From positions 310,001 through 374,000 of the forward strand of contig NW_013547021.1 in the NCBI RefSeq assembly GCF_000711695.1: 64,000 nt of DNA. The letters run 5' to 3'. Made by a program: the position numbers and the translations under genes. The notes beneath the pieces are model-generated. The model made no database searches, was not told the DNA's origin, and saw only the letters and a program-made list of their open reading frames with translations. The DNA is from Tilletiaria anomala UBC 951 (Eukaryota). This document shows positions 45,618 through 57,977 of this stretch, piece by piece (position 1 is the stretch's first letter; each line of letters begins with the position of its first letter).

Positions 45618-48169
45618 GGTTGCTGCTGATGCGGCTATTCCAGACGTGCAAGGGAGATGAAGAGCTCCGGGCCACAACGCAAAGGAGCCCTTGATTCACG
45701 ACGACTCTCGTTCAGAGGTGTGGCCTGGAAGAGTGCCGAAGAGAATCAAGAAGCGAGGTGAATGGCACCAGCGTAAGGTTTGCTTTCAAAGGAGAGAGCG
45801 TGACGACCGGCGGATGGATGAGAAAGGGCTGTGCCCCTTTGATGGGTAGTATGTGACAAATGCGGACGATTGTGCACCTTTGTCCGTGTTCCACACACAG
45901 GAAACAAATGAAGGGGTGTGCGGGACCGTTCTGGAATAAGTATGCAAGAAGGAGAGGCTTGTGGAATTCCAAGTCACGTTCTTGCTGTCCTTGTAATAGA
46001 GGTGCAAATGTTGCGACCGTTGGTGTGTGGTGTGGGGGAGCAAGTGTCGAAACACAAACACGGCGGGCGGTGTGGTGCGCTCGCGCGTGAGATAGAAGAC
46101 GGCGAGGGAAAACAAAAGAGCGCGGGTAGGTCGAGAGACGGAGCCCGAGGGGGCAGGAGAGGCTGAGAGGATGGAGAGCGGGTGTGGTAATGGCGGATGG
46201 TTGGACGGATAGCTGGAGAGGATGGGAGGGAGGTGATGAAGCGAAGGTGCTGGAAACAGGAGACAACAGCAAGGTGAGCGTACTGAAGACTTGGTCAGGA
46301 GCGTCAGGAGGCGGCGGCTGCTCAGGGCTGCTGGGTGAGCGGGTTACGCGCTCTTGTGCCTCCCTCACATCGCTGGCTGCTGGACGGCAGGTGTGGCTGC
46401 GCTTCTGCTTCAGACACTAATCTAGCGCCAGCCCCGAATATTGGCAATCCTGCAGGTGTATGGGAAAGTGCCCACAGTCTGCAAGCAGCGCAAAATATAC
46501 AGCAAATACCAAGCAAGGCTGGGACGCCAAGAGGCTTTCGCTGCGCCCGCCAGCCCACGCAGGATCCAAATTCACGGGATTCAACGCGCTCTTCAACCGA
46601 ACTTCCAACACATTTCCTTGACAATTCGATGATCATGGGCGAGTCGCACCCAGTAGAGCTGCTGTAGCTGAGGCAAACTCGGGCAAAAAGTCACGAACCT
46701 GCATCTGATAGTCTCCCCCTGGGCGCTCTGCAAACATATTCTTCGCTGCTCCACCGAGCCAAGACATGAAGCCCAGATCACCCCCCAGTGCCGCTTTCCG
46801 CCGCTCAAAGCAAGGGAGCTCTCTCTTTCGTTGATCATCTTATGGTCTTCACATAACCCTATCATGCAGTCTCGCATATCAGCTTCACACAACCTTCGCA
46901 TCATGCATACGGTGCACTTGGTCTGCACCGCGATCTGCAGTCGGGTCTCTCCCATCCCCGCTACAGCATGAATGTCACAATGAACGCATCGCGATGTTCT
47001 CCACCCTTGTTATGCGCTATGAGGGCCAAGCTCGCGCCATGCTTTCGTGGATACAAGTGACATGAAACTTCGGGCGTCGTGCTCAAGACACGCTCTTTCG
47101 CACGGCCTCGGCCTTTGGAGCTTTGAACTGAAGTGTGCCCATTGGAAGATGCGATGAGTGTGCTGAGACAGATTGTCAAGTCAAGCCCTTGCGGATTGGC
47201 ACCAGACAACAGACGTTCCTTCATCCACAGGGCCAATATACGCACAGCCTGCCTACTGGTAGGCATGCTGTGTATTCAACAGCCGCATGCAGTTACCTGC
47301 AGCAGTCAATCTCATAGAGGACGACGCACATGCTAGAAGATGCAGGGGAAATGGCTCGTGGCCCTACATGGGAGCGTGTAGAGGGCAGGACGGGCCCTGG
47401 GATGTGTGATTGAATGTGTAGAACGAGTGTTGCCAGTATATCCTGTCCCTGCGCGCTCGTCAACCTGCTAGCGTGTTCGGGTTCACCCTCGTTCCCGCAT
47501 TCCACCAGCTTCCTTCCCAGCGCTTCACAGACTTTGTGTTGAACGCGGAAGCTAGGTTCCTATATCGGGTGTGTCGGCCAGGTCTAAGTCGAATACCTGG
47601 TGGCTCCACTTCCATGTACCTGGCTCGCAGCCTCATGCTTCTGCCTCATTGTATGTAGAACTGTACCACTGTTGTACCATGCACATATATCTTCATACTT
47701 GCATCGTCCTCATGTCATTCATCAGCTGGAAGCCTCGGGGATCGTGGAGAGCAGACTGAGTACAATGAGTGGAGAGTCATAAGAAGTGGCAATGAGAAAT
47801 AATTGGTCTCGGGATTCGAAGTGTCATTTTGGATTGGTGACCTAAAGCGTTTGGGCTCGGAAGACACTGGTCCCTTGGTATAGAGTAGTACCTACGGCAC
47901 ACGAACCCTAATCACTCCGGGTTGGCGTTTGCTGCTTGTTCTATCTGGTTCAGACTAATCTGCAGCGCTGCTCAAACCGATGCCAAGTATAACCTAATGA
48001 TTACAGGCCTTCGTCAACTTTTGATGTTCTGGTAACACAACTCTGTTCACAGCTTCGGCTTGGCAAACCTCTGACGCTTGCAAACACAAGGTCTTCGAGG
48101 CGGCTGTTCATCACGTTCCAAATCACGCTCTCCACACACCTGCCGACCGCTGTCGCTGCCACTACTAAA

Positions 48170-48927
48170 ATGGCGTCACCCGTGACCTTTCCGAAGGAGA
48201 AGCTGAGCGTGGCACAGGTTGAGCTGCTCGACCTTCCTGCCCCCGAATCTTCGCGAGACAAGTTCTGGCGCAAGATGAAGGACCAGCCGCTGGTCCCGAT
48301 AGGTGAGCGTATCCCTCCCCTGTCGTTGGCCGATTTTGCAGCATGCGGACGTCGAGGGCTTGTGCTGACGAATACCCATTTTCGCGCGCAAAAGGCTCCC
48401 TATTAACTTGTGGCGCACTCATCGCGGCATCGAATCACCTGCGCAAGGGCAACCGCGATCAGTTCCAGCGCGCCCTGCGTTGGCGTGTCGGCTTGCAAGG
48501 CTTGACCGTCGTTGCGGCAGTCGCAGGCTCTCTCTACTACGGTGCAGCCGCAGGGCCATCTTCCACCTCCTCACCCTCATCAACAAAATTATGCCCTTCC
48601 GCATCAGATGCTCCCGCGCCCAGCACAAGTATGAGCACGGGCGCAAGTACCAGTGATACGCTCAGTAGTATCACCACCGTTCCCGGGCGGCCAGCAACGA
48701 CGTTGCAAGCGAGCAGGGCAGCAGAGCGCCGGGAAGAAGATCGAGCGTTGCTGGCCGAGCGCATCAGGGAGGCCATACAGAAGGAAGAGACGACGAAGGA
48801 ACGAGAGGAGATCAGTAGACAACTTGCAGCGGAAGCGGGCGCAAAGCCAAGGCCAAAGATTGGGCAAGATACACGATGGAATTGGACAAGTCGCGGCGCA
48901 TCAGCATCACCGGCACCTTCATCGTAG
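48170..48927 (+). CDS. RCF1: Respiratory supercomplex factor 1, HIG1 domain (intron 48303-48394; ~221 aa)
   Basis: KFWRKMKDQPLVPIG|SLLTCGAL...QRALRWRVGLQGLT matches the Q-x3-R-x-R-x3-Q HIG1 motif. A single HIG1 domain followed by a charged tail. Confidence 0.85.
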
Positions 48928-49092
48928 CTGCTAGCCCAGCTCTCGAGGCAAGCGCTGCAACAACAGGGAATACATTACAACCTAACATGGCCCAGTCCAT
49001 GTGCCAGCATTGCGACAGAAGTGGAGAACCAAAGACGGCACAAAAATGCTTCGTGCCCTGGATGCGTACGATCTTTCGACCCCTCATTGCTG

Positions 49093-50732
49093 CTACTGCG
49101 GAAGCTGCTGGAAGACCTTGACATACGTCACATTCCAAACCGCATTCGCGAAATTCTCGCCCTTCATGACTCTCCCTGCGCAGGTTCCTGGACAGCCACT
49201 GGAGGCATATACGCCGCCGGCCCACTCGCCACAGATTGTGATATCGAAGATCCAGTTGATCTGCAAGCAGACCATGGAGTCAATCGCGAATTGTCAGCCT
49301 GCGGACCGACGTGGGGACAAGTGCGGCAATTTTGCACGTCTCCATACCTTGTAAAAGTAGTCCTTGAACGTGCATGTCCCGCTCTTGTACTGCGCCGATG
49401 GCTTGAGGCCCTGCTCGATCCAGCGATCCGGGTCTGGCTGGCCCGCCTTGACGTCGTCTGGGATACGGTTCCTGTTGAAGAACCAGATCGTCACACCGGT
49501 CGAGTCGAAGCGCGTAGCAAATACCCCGCCGTTGGCCGCATTGAGCGCGCTGCCGTACGAGGCACCGTGCACGTTGGCGTCCTTGATCGCACACCCAGCA
49601 TTCTGATGCGCAAGCGCGTAGCAGTTCGTGGACAGCTGCTTGCCGCTAAAGTCTGAGTTTGGGTCCAGCGTACAGCCTTGCGAGGTGTGCAGGGTGTACT
49701 GGTTGACCTTGCCGTCGTTGACGCCTTCGATGATGTCACTGATGTTGTCGAGAGAGACACCACGTCAGCTCGCAATTTCGAATTACCCGCACGAGGTGCC
49801 AACATACATTTCACCACCATTTGGCCAATCCGGTCCATTTCCCCAGAAGGCTGGCCAGATAGAACAGCCAAAGGGCATGGCGTTCACGTCTCTGCAGTAG
49901 AGCATGTGAGGCGTGAGCGCGCATTGAGTAGTAGCTCTTCGAACCGTCAATACTGGGACCTACAGAATCACCAGTCCTTCGTCATACGTCTTCTTCGAGT
50001 GAATGCGCACGGACGGCCGCCCAACACCTTTTTCCAGATCGGTCCAGCTGTCCGCGCGCATGATGGCGTTGCCGCCCGCGTCGACGTACGCCAGCCCTTT
50101 TGAAATTGCGCTTTCCCGGTCCTGGTAGGCTGATTGAGGGTGAATGAAGTTACGGTTCAGCGCCTGAGCATTGCTGCGCATGTCGAGGCCCACCCACCGA
50201 CGATGCCATGAGTCGGGTCTGAATAGGACCAAAAGTTCCAGCCGCTGAAAAATGTCTTGCCTTGGTGCTTCGTTACGAGCTTCCACCCGCTGTTCGACGA
50301 AGGCGGTCCACCGCTACTGCTATCGCTCCCTGAGCCACTGCCAGAGGCACTGCCACTTCCAATACTGCTGCCATCAGCAGCATCACTTGAGCTTCCATCG
50401 CTTCCGCTCTGCCCGCCTCCTTTGTGATGCTTCTTGCAGGTACGACGCTGTGGGTAAAGGTCGCCGGCATGGCGTCTGAGGGAGGGTGTCCAGACCGTGT
50501 GATTAGCGCTGCTACTACCTGCGATCTCTTCGTCTTCATTGCGAGAAAGCACCAACGGCGCCGCGCCTTGAGCAGCGGCAAAGATGTCGACCGCAGGGTC
50601 CGACACGGGATTCCAGGCGAGTGCTGCTTGCGAAGGGGAGTGTGAGTTCCGTGCGTTAGCCTGAGCGTGGCCTTGGGATGTGACAACCACGGAGAGGAGC
50701 AGCGATGCAAGAAGGAGTGGTGAGACGGGCAT
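49093..50732 (-). CDS. Secreted GH16 endo-1,3(4)-beta-glucanase-like protein (introns 50130-50197, 49892-49963, 49739-49807, 49261-49347; ~447 aa)
   Basis: Signal peptide, DPTHG, GRPSVRIHSK, MPFGCSIWPAFW, catalytic WPNGGEIDIIEGV (split by an intron) and FDITICGEWAG. Confidence 0.92.
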
Positions 50733-52551
50733 ATCTGCCCTCTTGCGAAGCTGCTTGTGGCCGCTGGCAGCAAAATGCCTTTGTTCGAGCGAACGAGGGC
50801 TGCCAAAGGACGGCAAGATCTAGCTCCAAAGTGTGAGTGATTGCTATATGCATGAGAGAATGCCCATATGCGACGACAATGTTTCAGGAATCATCGCCAC
50901 GATGCGATGGTAGTGATTCGTATTCACTGTTCTTCACCATTGCCACACAAAAGAGACGAGGATGGGCCATTCAAGCCAGCTCGCTTTCAACATCTCATCG
51001 CGCCAAGGAAAACTGCGCGTGCCGTGTTGGGCCGAGGGCATCGAAAGATCTGGGGCTGGAGCTTTGCAGTCATCATCGGGCCATCATCCAACGAAACCAG
51101 ACATGAGCCGTGTGGGACTGAATATGACGGGGTGTTTGAGGTCTACAGTCCCGCGCCCCCAACGGTCTTACAACGGCCGAGCAGCGGGGCTGGCGCGCAC
51201 AAGGAGTTCCGCGGTTTCGCCCATCATCGCCCATCGTTGCACCATCGGACAGAGCGTTTTAAGACGGGGTCCGCCATGACCTCTCACAGCCACATGCCGA
51301 GCAGGATGCGAAGGGGCTGCACACCTCGGTAGGATGCCAATGGACGTGGTAGGTCTGCTGTAGGTGAAGTACATGATGACGCCGAATATGTGTTGGACCG
51401 CCAACTCCATGTAATCCCACTCGTCAATGACCACACCCTTTGTAAATACAGACACTCGGAACTCGGAACTCGGGTTACTGATGACCTTCCTGCGCTTAGT
51501 CTCTCCTCTTTTTATTTTTTTTGGAAGCGATGGCGATACATTGCATTGTCGCTGGAGACCAATACTTTTCTTCACCATGTACTCACTATGTAACAGCCGC
51601 TGCGGTCTGCTAGGCCCTGACCTGCGCGTCCCTAGCCCTACTGTGTCTCGAGACAAACAGCTGGTATGTATGTAAGCTATGTAGGTAGTCAAAAGCGGAC
51701 GACGTTGCTCGTGTCTGGAATCGATCAGAGTTTGGCTTGGGCTTGGCCGCTTTGCGACTCATACCCAGAAGCAGAGGTATTAGGAAAAAGGAAAAGCTGG
51801 GAGGAATTGAGCTCACCGTATCCGACAACCGCAGGCACAACACAATCCGCGCCGACTTTCCACTGAGCAAGAGGCGAGCCAGCACCGGCCAGCAGGTGAG
51901 GCAGGATGAGGCTGGTGACTTATGTTGGTTGGCCTGCGGAGTGCGGGCGCGCCGCTTGAGCGTCCGTCAGTGTCTGCTTGAGATTCGGATGCTTTCTGCA
52001 GAGAGAATACGCTAACGCCGCCGAGAGGGCAAGCATGAGAAGCAAGACCTTTCGGTTTCGCAACAGGCCATAGTGACATCGAGAGTGTGATATTGACTGG
52101 ACAGGAGGAGGGGAGAGGGTGTGGGGTTAGGAGCCGCAGAGAGTTCGGGCACTACGCAGGAGCCTGAAACAGGTGTTGCTATGATTCCGTGTTCCTGGTT
52201 GATGTGAGATGGGGTTTCTTAACGGCCAGCCTGCCCTTCCCCAGTCCGCATGGCGCACAGTCGATCAGTGCCTATCTCCGTCGCCAGATCGGCCGGCGTC
52301 AAGATTTGCCAGTGATCGCATCTCCCCGCTCGCAACACAGCCCTCGCAGGCTAGATGAAGCAGTACTTATACAATGCCACCTCCACAGCCTGCTGCCTTG
52401 CACAATCCACCAACGCCACGCTCGCCCTTCCCCGAGAGTCGGGCTGACGGATATATTCTCTGCGCTACCTGCTCCTTTTCATCATCCTCGCCGCAGCCCC
52501 TGGGTCACAGCTTCATCCTTTTCCCCCTTGCCTTGCCTTGCTTCCCGCGCC

Positions 52552-55500
52552 ATGCGCCCTGCCACGACTGCTGCTGCCTTGCTGACGGCGGCCGCCGGAG
52601 GCCTTCTTGCCAACGCCTCTCCAATCGATGTAGATGCCTTGCTCCTCAGCCGTCACATCGAGCGGTCCCTCTCGAGCCGTCAAGACGCCCTGGACAGCGT
52701 CAATGCGACTACAAGCTCGGGCACCGCTCCTGCTGCGAACGCCCCGATGGACGTATTCAACTACATTCTTACCACCAATACGCACAACACCAGCACCGAC
52801 GCCTTTCAGCCCCAGCCATACGTCGCGAATGGATATATTGGAGCTCGCCTTCCCATTGCCGGTGTCGGCTACCAGGTCTTCCAGCCGACGCTGAACAATG
52901 CCACTTTCCACAATGGAACCCAAGGCTGGCCTCTCTTCACGGGTCGACAGACGGGGACCACCGTCGCTGGCTTCTATGCGCAGGTTTCCAACGAAGACGT
53001 ACCAGGTACAAACTACGTCATCCCCGGTGGCCAACAGGTGATTTCCCTCCTGCCCGCCTGGGCTTCCCTTTTCGTCTCGGTGCCCTCTGGACAGGACTAT
53101 GCGACCTACTCCTCCGCCTCGGAACCCACCACGATCTCTAACTACTCGCAATCCATGTCGATTCGCGACGGCCTCGTATCGACAAACTTGACCTGGACGG
53201 GTGCCGGCAGCGGGAATGAAAGCAGCGGTCTGCGGCTGAGTTACACGGCGTACGCTCACCGTGCGCGTCCCAACGTCGGCGTGTTGCGTCTGGACGTGTC
53301 CGGGCTGCAGCCCAACGCGTCGGTCGTCATCACCGATGCCTTGGACGGTAGTGCGGCCCGTCGGGTGATGAATGAAACGTCCGGCGTCGAAGGTTCCGCG
53401 AATCAGATCATCTTCAGCTCGGTGCAGCCGGTCGGTGTTCCCAACGTCACTGCTTGGGTGTTCTCTGCCTTTGACATCCTAGCCAGCGGAAATTCGAGCG
53501 ACTCAACGGCGAACACGCAGGTGCTGGCGAAAGTCACTATGCCAGCTAACGTCGCTTCGCTCCTCGGAAGCAACACATCCACGATCGCGCAGTCCTTTAC
53601 CGTCGCAGCGAGCTCTAACGGAACGGTCAGCGTCGTTAAGTACGTCGGCATCGCCTCCTCCGACGCATACACGCCCAATGAGCGGGTGCAGGCACTGAAC
53701 GCATCCGTCGTAGCTCGGCAAGCCGGCTGGGACGCGCTGCTGACGGAGCACACGGCCGAGTGGGAGACCATCTGGTCGGAGGGGGGGGATGTGCAGGTCA
53801 ATAACACGCGCAATGACGCGGTGCTCAACGCGCTACAGGCGACGACGCGGGCCTCGCTCTTCCACATCCTTGCCAACGTCCGCCGCGGCTCGGAGCCGAC
53901 GGGCCTCGGCGACAACTCGATCGCCCCCGCCGGCCTGACCAGTGACAGCTACGCCGGCGGCATTTTCTGGGACGCAGAAACTTGGATGTATCCATCGCTA
54001 CTCAGCCTGTTCCCCAGCTTTGCGGAGAGCATCAACAACTATCGCCACAGGCTCTTTGGCGCTGCAACGCTCAATGCACAGCAGTATAACCGCTCTGGGC
54101 TCCTGTACCCCTGGGTGTCATTCCGTTACGGTAACTGCACCGGTATTGGGTGAGTCGAAGCCTCGTTGTCGGCACGGTGCGGACAAATGCATGGCTAACG
54201 AAAGCACACATCCGCGTGTCGGTTCAGGCCCTGCTTCGATTAGTGAGTACTTGAAGTTGCGTGAGGTTCTTGTCGCGAGCTCAAGGGCTTACCGATTGCG
54301 CCCGATGGACAGTGAGTACCACCTGAACAACGACATCGCTCTCGCCCAATGGCAATACTACCAAGCGACTGCTAACAAGACCTTCTTGCAAGAAGAGGCA
54401 TGGCCCATCATGAAGTCCGTCAGCGACTTTTGGGCTTCGCAAGTCGTCAAGAACGCCGATGGGACGTACACCACGCTCAACGAGACTGACCCCGATGAGT
54501 ACGCGAACCAAGTCAACAATGGTCTGTGTTCTTTTGCTCGGGCAAACATGTGATCTCGGGAGCTCTCTTCGCTGACCCTTTGTGTCCTGTCATAGCGGCC
54601 TTCACTAACGCGGGCATCAGCAAGGTGCTCAGCGACACAATCGAGGCAGCCAGTATCCTGGGCTACCAGGACCAGGTGTCTGCGAACTGGTCCGACATCC
54701 TGGCCAACATCACGATCTTGAAGACGAAAGACACTGGGAACCCGATCACATTGGAGTTCGAAGGCTACAACGCTTCACTGGCCGTCAAGCAAGCCGACGT
54801 CGTCCTGCTGACTTACCCGCTCGAGTACGCCGGGCAGGCCGACCCTCTCGCCGATCTAACCTTTTACAGCACCGCCACGTCTCCCAACGGACCCGGTATG
54901 ACCTATTCCGTCTTTTCCATCGACTCTGCGCAGCTCGCGCAGAGCGGCTGCGAGAGCTTCACGTACCTGCGCTCCAGCTCCGAACCGTATGCGCGCGATC
55001 CGTTCCTGCAGTTCAGCGAGCAGACCAGTGATATCTACTCGCAGAACGGCGGCACCAACCCTGCATACACCTTCCTGACGGGTGAGCGAAATAAAGCAGG
55101 GTTCTAACAGCAGCCGCAAATCGTAGCTAAGCACCCTTGTCTCTCGATGATATTCCTTCCCTTTACACCACAGGCCATGGTGGGTACCTTCAAACTTGGA
55201 CACACGGCTTCACTGGGTACCGCACGCATACAGATCGCTTCTACCTCGACCCTAGTCTACCGCCGCAGCTTGCAGATGGCGTCACAGTGGCGGGCATGCA
55301 GTTTCAGGGCAACACTTTTGACGTGGCTCTCGGCGGGAGCGAAACGATCATCACCCTTCGCGCAGGACGTGGTTCCGCCAAGATCGAGATTGCTCCCGCG
55401 AATAAAGCGGCAGGTAATTAGTGAGTGAGACAGTTGTGCAGGGCCTGGAATCTTCAGCAGATGCGCGACCACTGACCCTTGCCTGCTCGCTTAGCACGCT

Positions 55501-56020
55501 CGAACAAGGCCAGAGCATAAGCGTCCCGACGCGACGCGTAGACCTGGCGGCACCCGCCTACGCCGGCAATGTGGCACAATGCAAGACGGCGTCTAGCAAC
55601 GTCTCATGGGTTCCGGGCAGCTACGACATTGCCGCCATCGACGGGAGTAATGCGACATTCTGGCAGCCGAATACCGCCAGCGCGTCGGCGCTGACGATCG
55701 ACCTCGGCACGTCACAGAATATTTCGCGGTTGCACATCAATTGGGGCAAAAACCCCGCGACTTCATTGTACGTGCTTACGGGCGAGGACGCGAGCGCGCT
55801 GACGCCCGTTGTCAATGCCACGCAAGTGCAGATCAGTGCACCGTACGACGTTGTGCAGGCGGCCGTCGTCGCGATCAATGCCGGCAACACGAGCGACGTC
55901 CCGCTGGCACAGGCCACCACGGCGCGCTACGTCCAGCTCGTCATCGAAGGCGCCATGATGCCCAACGCGGAGTTCGGCCATGGTGCCACGGTTGCCGAGG
56001 TGAATGTTATTTCATCTTAA
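52552..56020 (+). CDS. ATH1: Secreted/vacuolar acid trehalase, GH65, with a C-terminal F5/8-type (CBM32-like) domain (introns 54150-54227, 54243-54312, 54522-54595, 55082-55173, 55421-55494; ~1026 aa)
   Basis: Signal peptide, QPYVANGYIG, GLTSDSYAGGIFWDAETWM, GPCFDYEYHLN, PDEYAN, VKQADVVLL, PNGPGMT, FLTGHGG and AAIDGSNATFWQP. Confidence 0.93.
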
Positions 56021-56130
56021 TGCCTTTCTCTTTGTGCCTCTGTAATAAGCTGTGCTTGGCTCAACAAGTAAGGCCGCAAGGCGAACGTGGTGTATCTATA
56101 ATACAATTTAACGCGCCTAAACTGGATTCC

Positions 56131-57977
56131 TCAACCGCCTGTTAGCAATTCCTCGGGCGCGACAGGCCGATGGCGAACGCTGATGCTATCGCCGACATTG
56201 AGCTCACCGTACACCTCCCGCGCCGCATTTTCCCCTTGCTCGCCGGATGGCAGTGGCAGAGGCACAGCGTACAAACCAAAGCAGGCCATTTTGCGGCCGG
56301 ACAACTTCTTGTCCTTTGCGTGACTGCGCGCGATGAGCTTGAGCGGCATACCGGCGCGGTCGAATTCGCCCGTCACCGGATCGAGCGTCGTGATCGTACA
56401 GCGCTCGCAGTACGTGACGAGGTTGATGTGCGCTGTAACCGTGTCCTCGTCGGCACCACTTCCGCGATCGCCATTGTTACAAGAGTTCAGATCTTTCATC
56501 TGATCGTAAGGGTGCAACCACATGGTTTCCCATTGCTCTTCGACGAAAGGTGGCAGCGCCGCCCCCGCAGCCGACCCTGATGCCGACTTTGTAGGAGAAG
56601 AAGCGATGACAACGTTAGGCCTAAAGCGAAGGATGGACAATGGGTCGCCGTTGTGTCGCTTGAACTCAAGCTCCGCGGGGGTTGCTGTGATGGCCGCTTC
56701 CCAAGCGGCCGCTTCCCCCGATTTGCCTGCCAAGGTCGCCGGCGTGTCTAAAAGCGGCCGCGAGTACAAATGAGCAACCTTTTCGAGTCCTGCAAAGGGA
56801 CGGCCGCCGCGGCCGTCTGTTTGAAGATTACTACCCTGAACCTGCGACTCTTTCGTCAGTGCCGCAATTGCATCTTGGAGCTGTGACTGTACATATGCCA
56901 TGCTGAAAAACGTAATGGTAAAGAGTACCGACATGTCAGTAATGCTCACGAGGCAGGATGAATGCAGGAGGCACACCTCTCGACACTGGTCACCAAAAGA
57001 GGATATTCATCTTGGAACTCGACGCCTTTCCCCGGTCCGCTCTTGTTCACATACGCTCCTCTTTCCAGAGCTAACGACCATCGATCTACTTTGTTGCCCT
57101 CTGAGGCATCCTTAGCAGATACTGAACCAGAGGCAGAGCCGGCAGAGCTACGGGGAAGGTACCAAGGCCACGCAGGTCTTTGCGCACCGGGTGCATGCCT
57201 GTCGAAGTACACAAGTTTAACCTCATAGCCGAGGAAGCGCGACATCCATTGGGATGGTTCGAGTTGCGTCTCGGATGAGGCTGAAGCGACGACGCGACCC
57301 TGTACAGGATCACCGTACATGTCTAGCTGGTCGATCTTGGGCCATGCGCGTAGCATCTCATCGGTCGGACGAGCAGGCGTGCTGGCGCACAATTGTTCAT
57401 TCATCCTTGTGGCCAAACTTGCATCGTGCGCGAGAGCGTAGGGAGAGATCGCCAACCGCAGTATCTCTCCATCTGCACCTGCATTATCTGCATTCGCGTC
57501 GGCCGCGGCTCCTGTCGAGAGAGAGGGTTGTATAAGAGCCAGACGAGGCTCAGTCTTGAGCGTAATCTTCTCCCAGTCGCCCGCGACGCCAGTGACGTGG
57601 TCCTGCGTGTTCTGTTTGCGCCTGAGAAAACACCATCGTCTGTCCAGCTCGAAGCCCTTGTACGTCAGCGGCAGGTGTGAGCACTTGATCGGTGCGCATG
57701 ATTTGACTGGGTAGAGAAAGAGCGAGTGTACGCGTGCGACATTCTTCTCTATTGGCGCCAAAGAGACTTTGCAAGAGGTTGTCGTTTTGGACCTGCGAGC
57801 GACGCCTGCGGAGACGTACTGGGCCACGCCGAGGAGGAGGACGAGGGCGAGGACGAAGAGCTGAATGCCGAGGGTTCGGCGTTCGTTCAGCGTCAGCGCG
57901 AGCTCTGCGCGGCCGTCTCTGGGAGACGTGTTGAGCAAAGAAGCAATCAAACCAGAGAAGTATCGTCGCAGTGCCAT
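56131..57977 (-). CDS. MOSC-domain molybdoprotein (mARC/YcbX-like) with an N-terminal TM anchor (intron 56903-56976; ~590 aa)
   Basis: LFLYPVKSC, ELDRRW, FQDEYPLLV, RFRPNVVI, CERCTITT and CFGLY...GELNVGD. Confidence 0.88.

Noticed and set aside
47903..47912. AACCCTAA telomere-like word
   Set aside because: Single copy, not an array; at most a promoter telo-box and not supportable.
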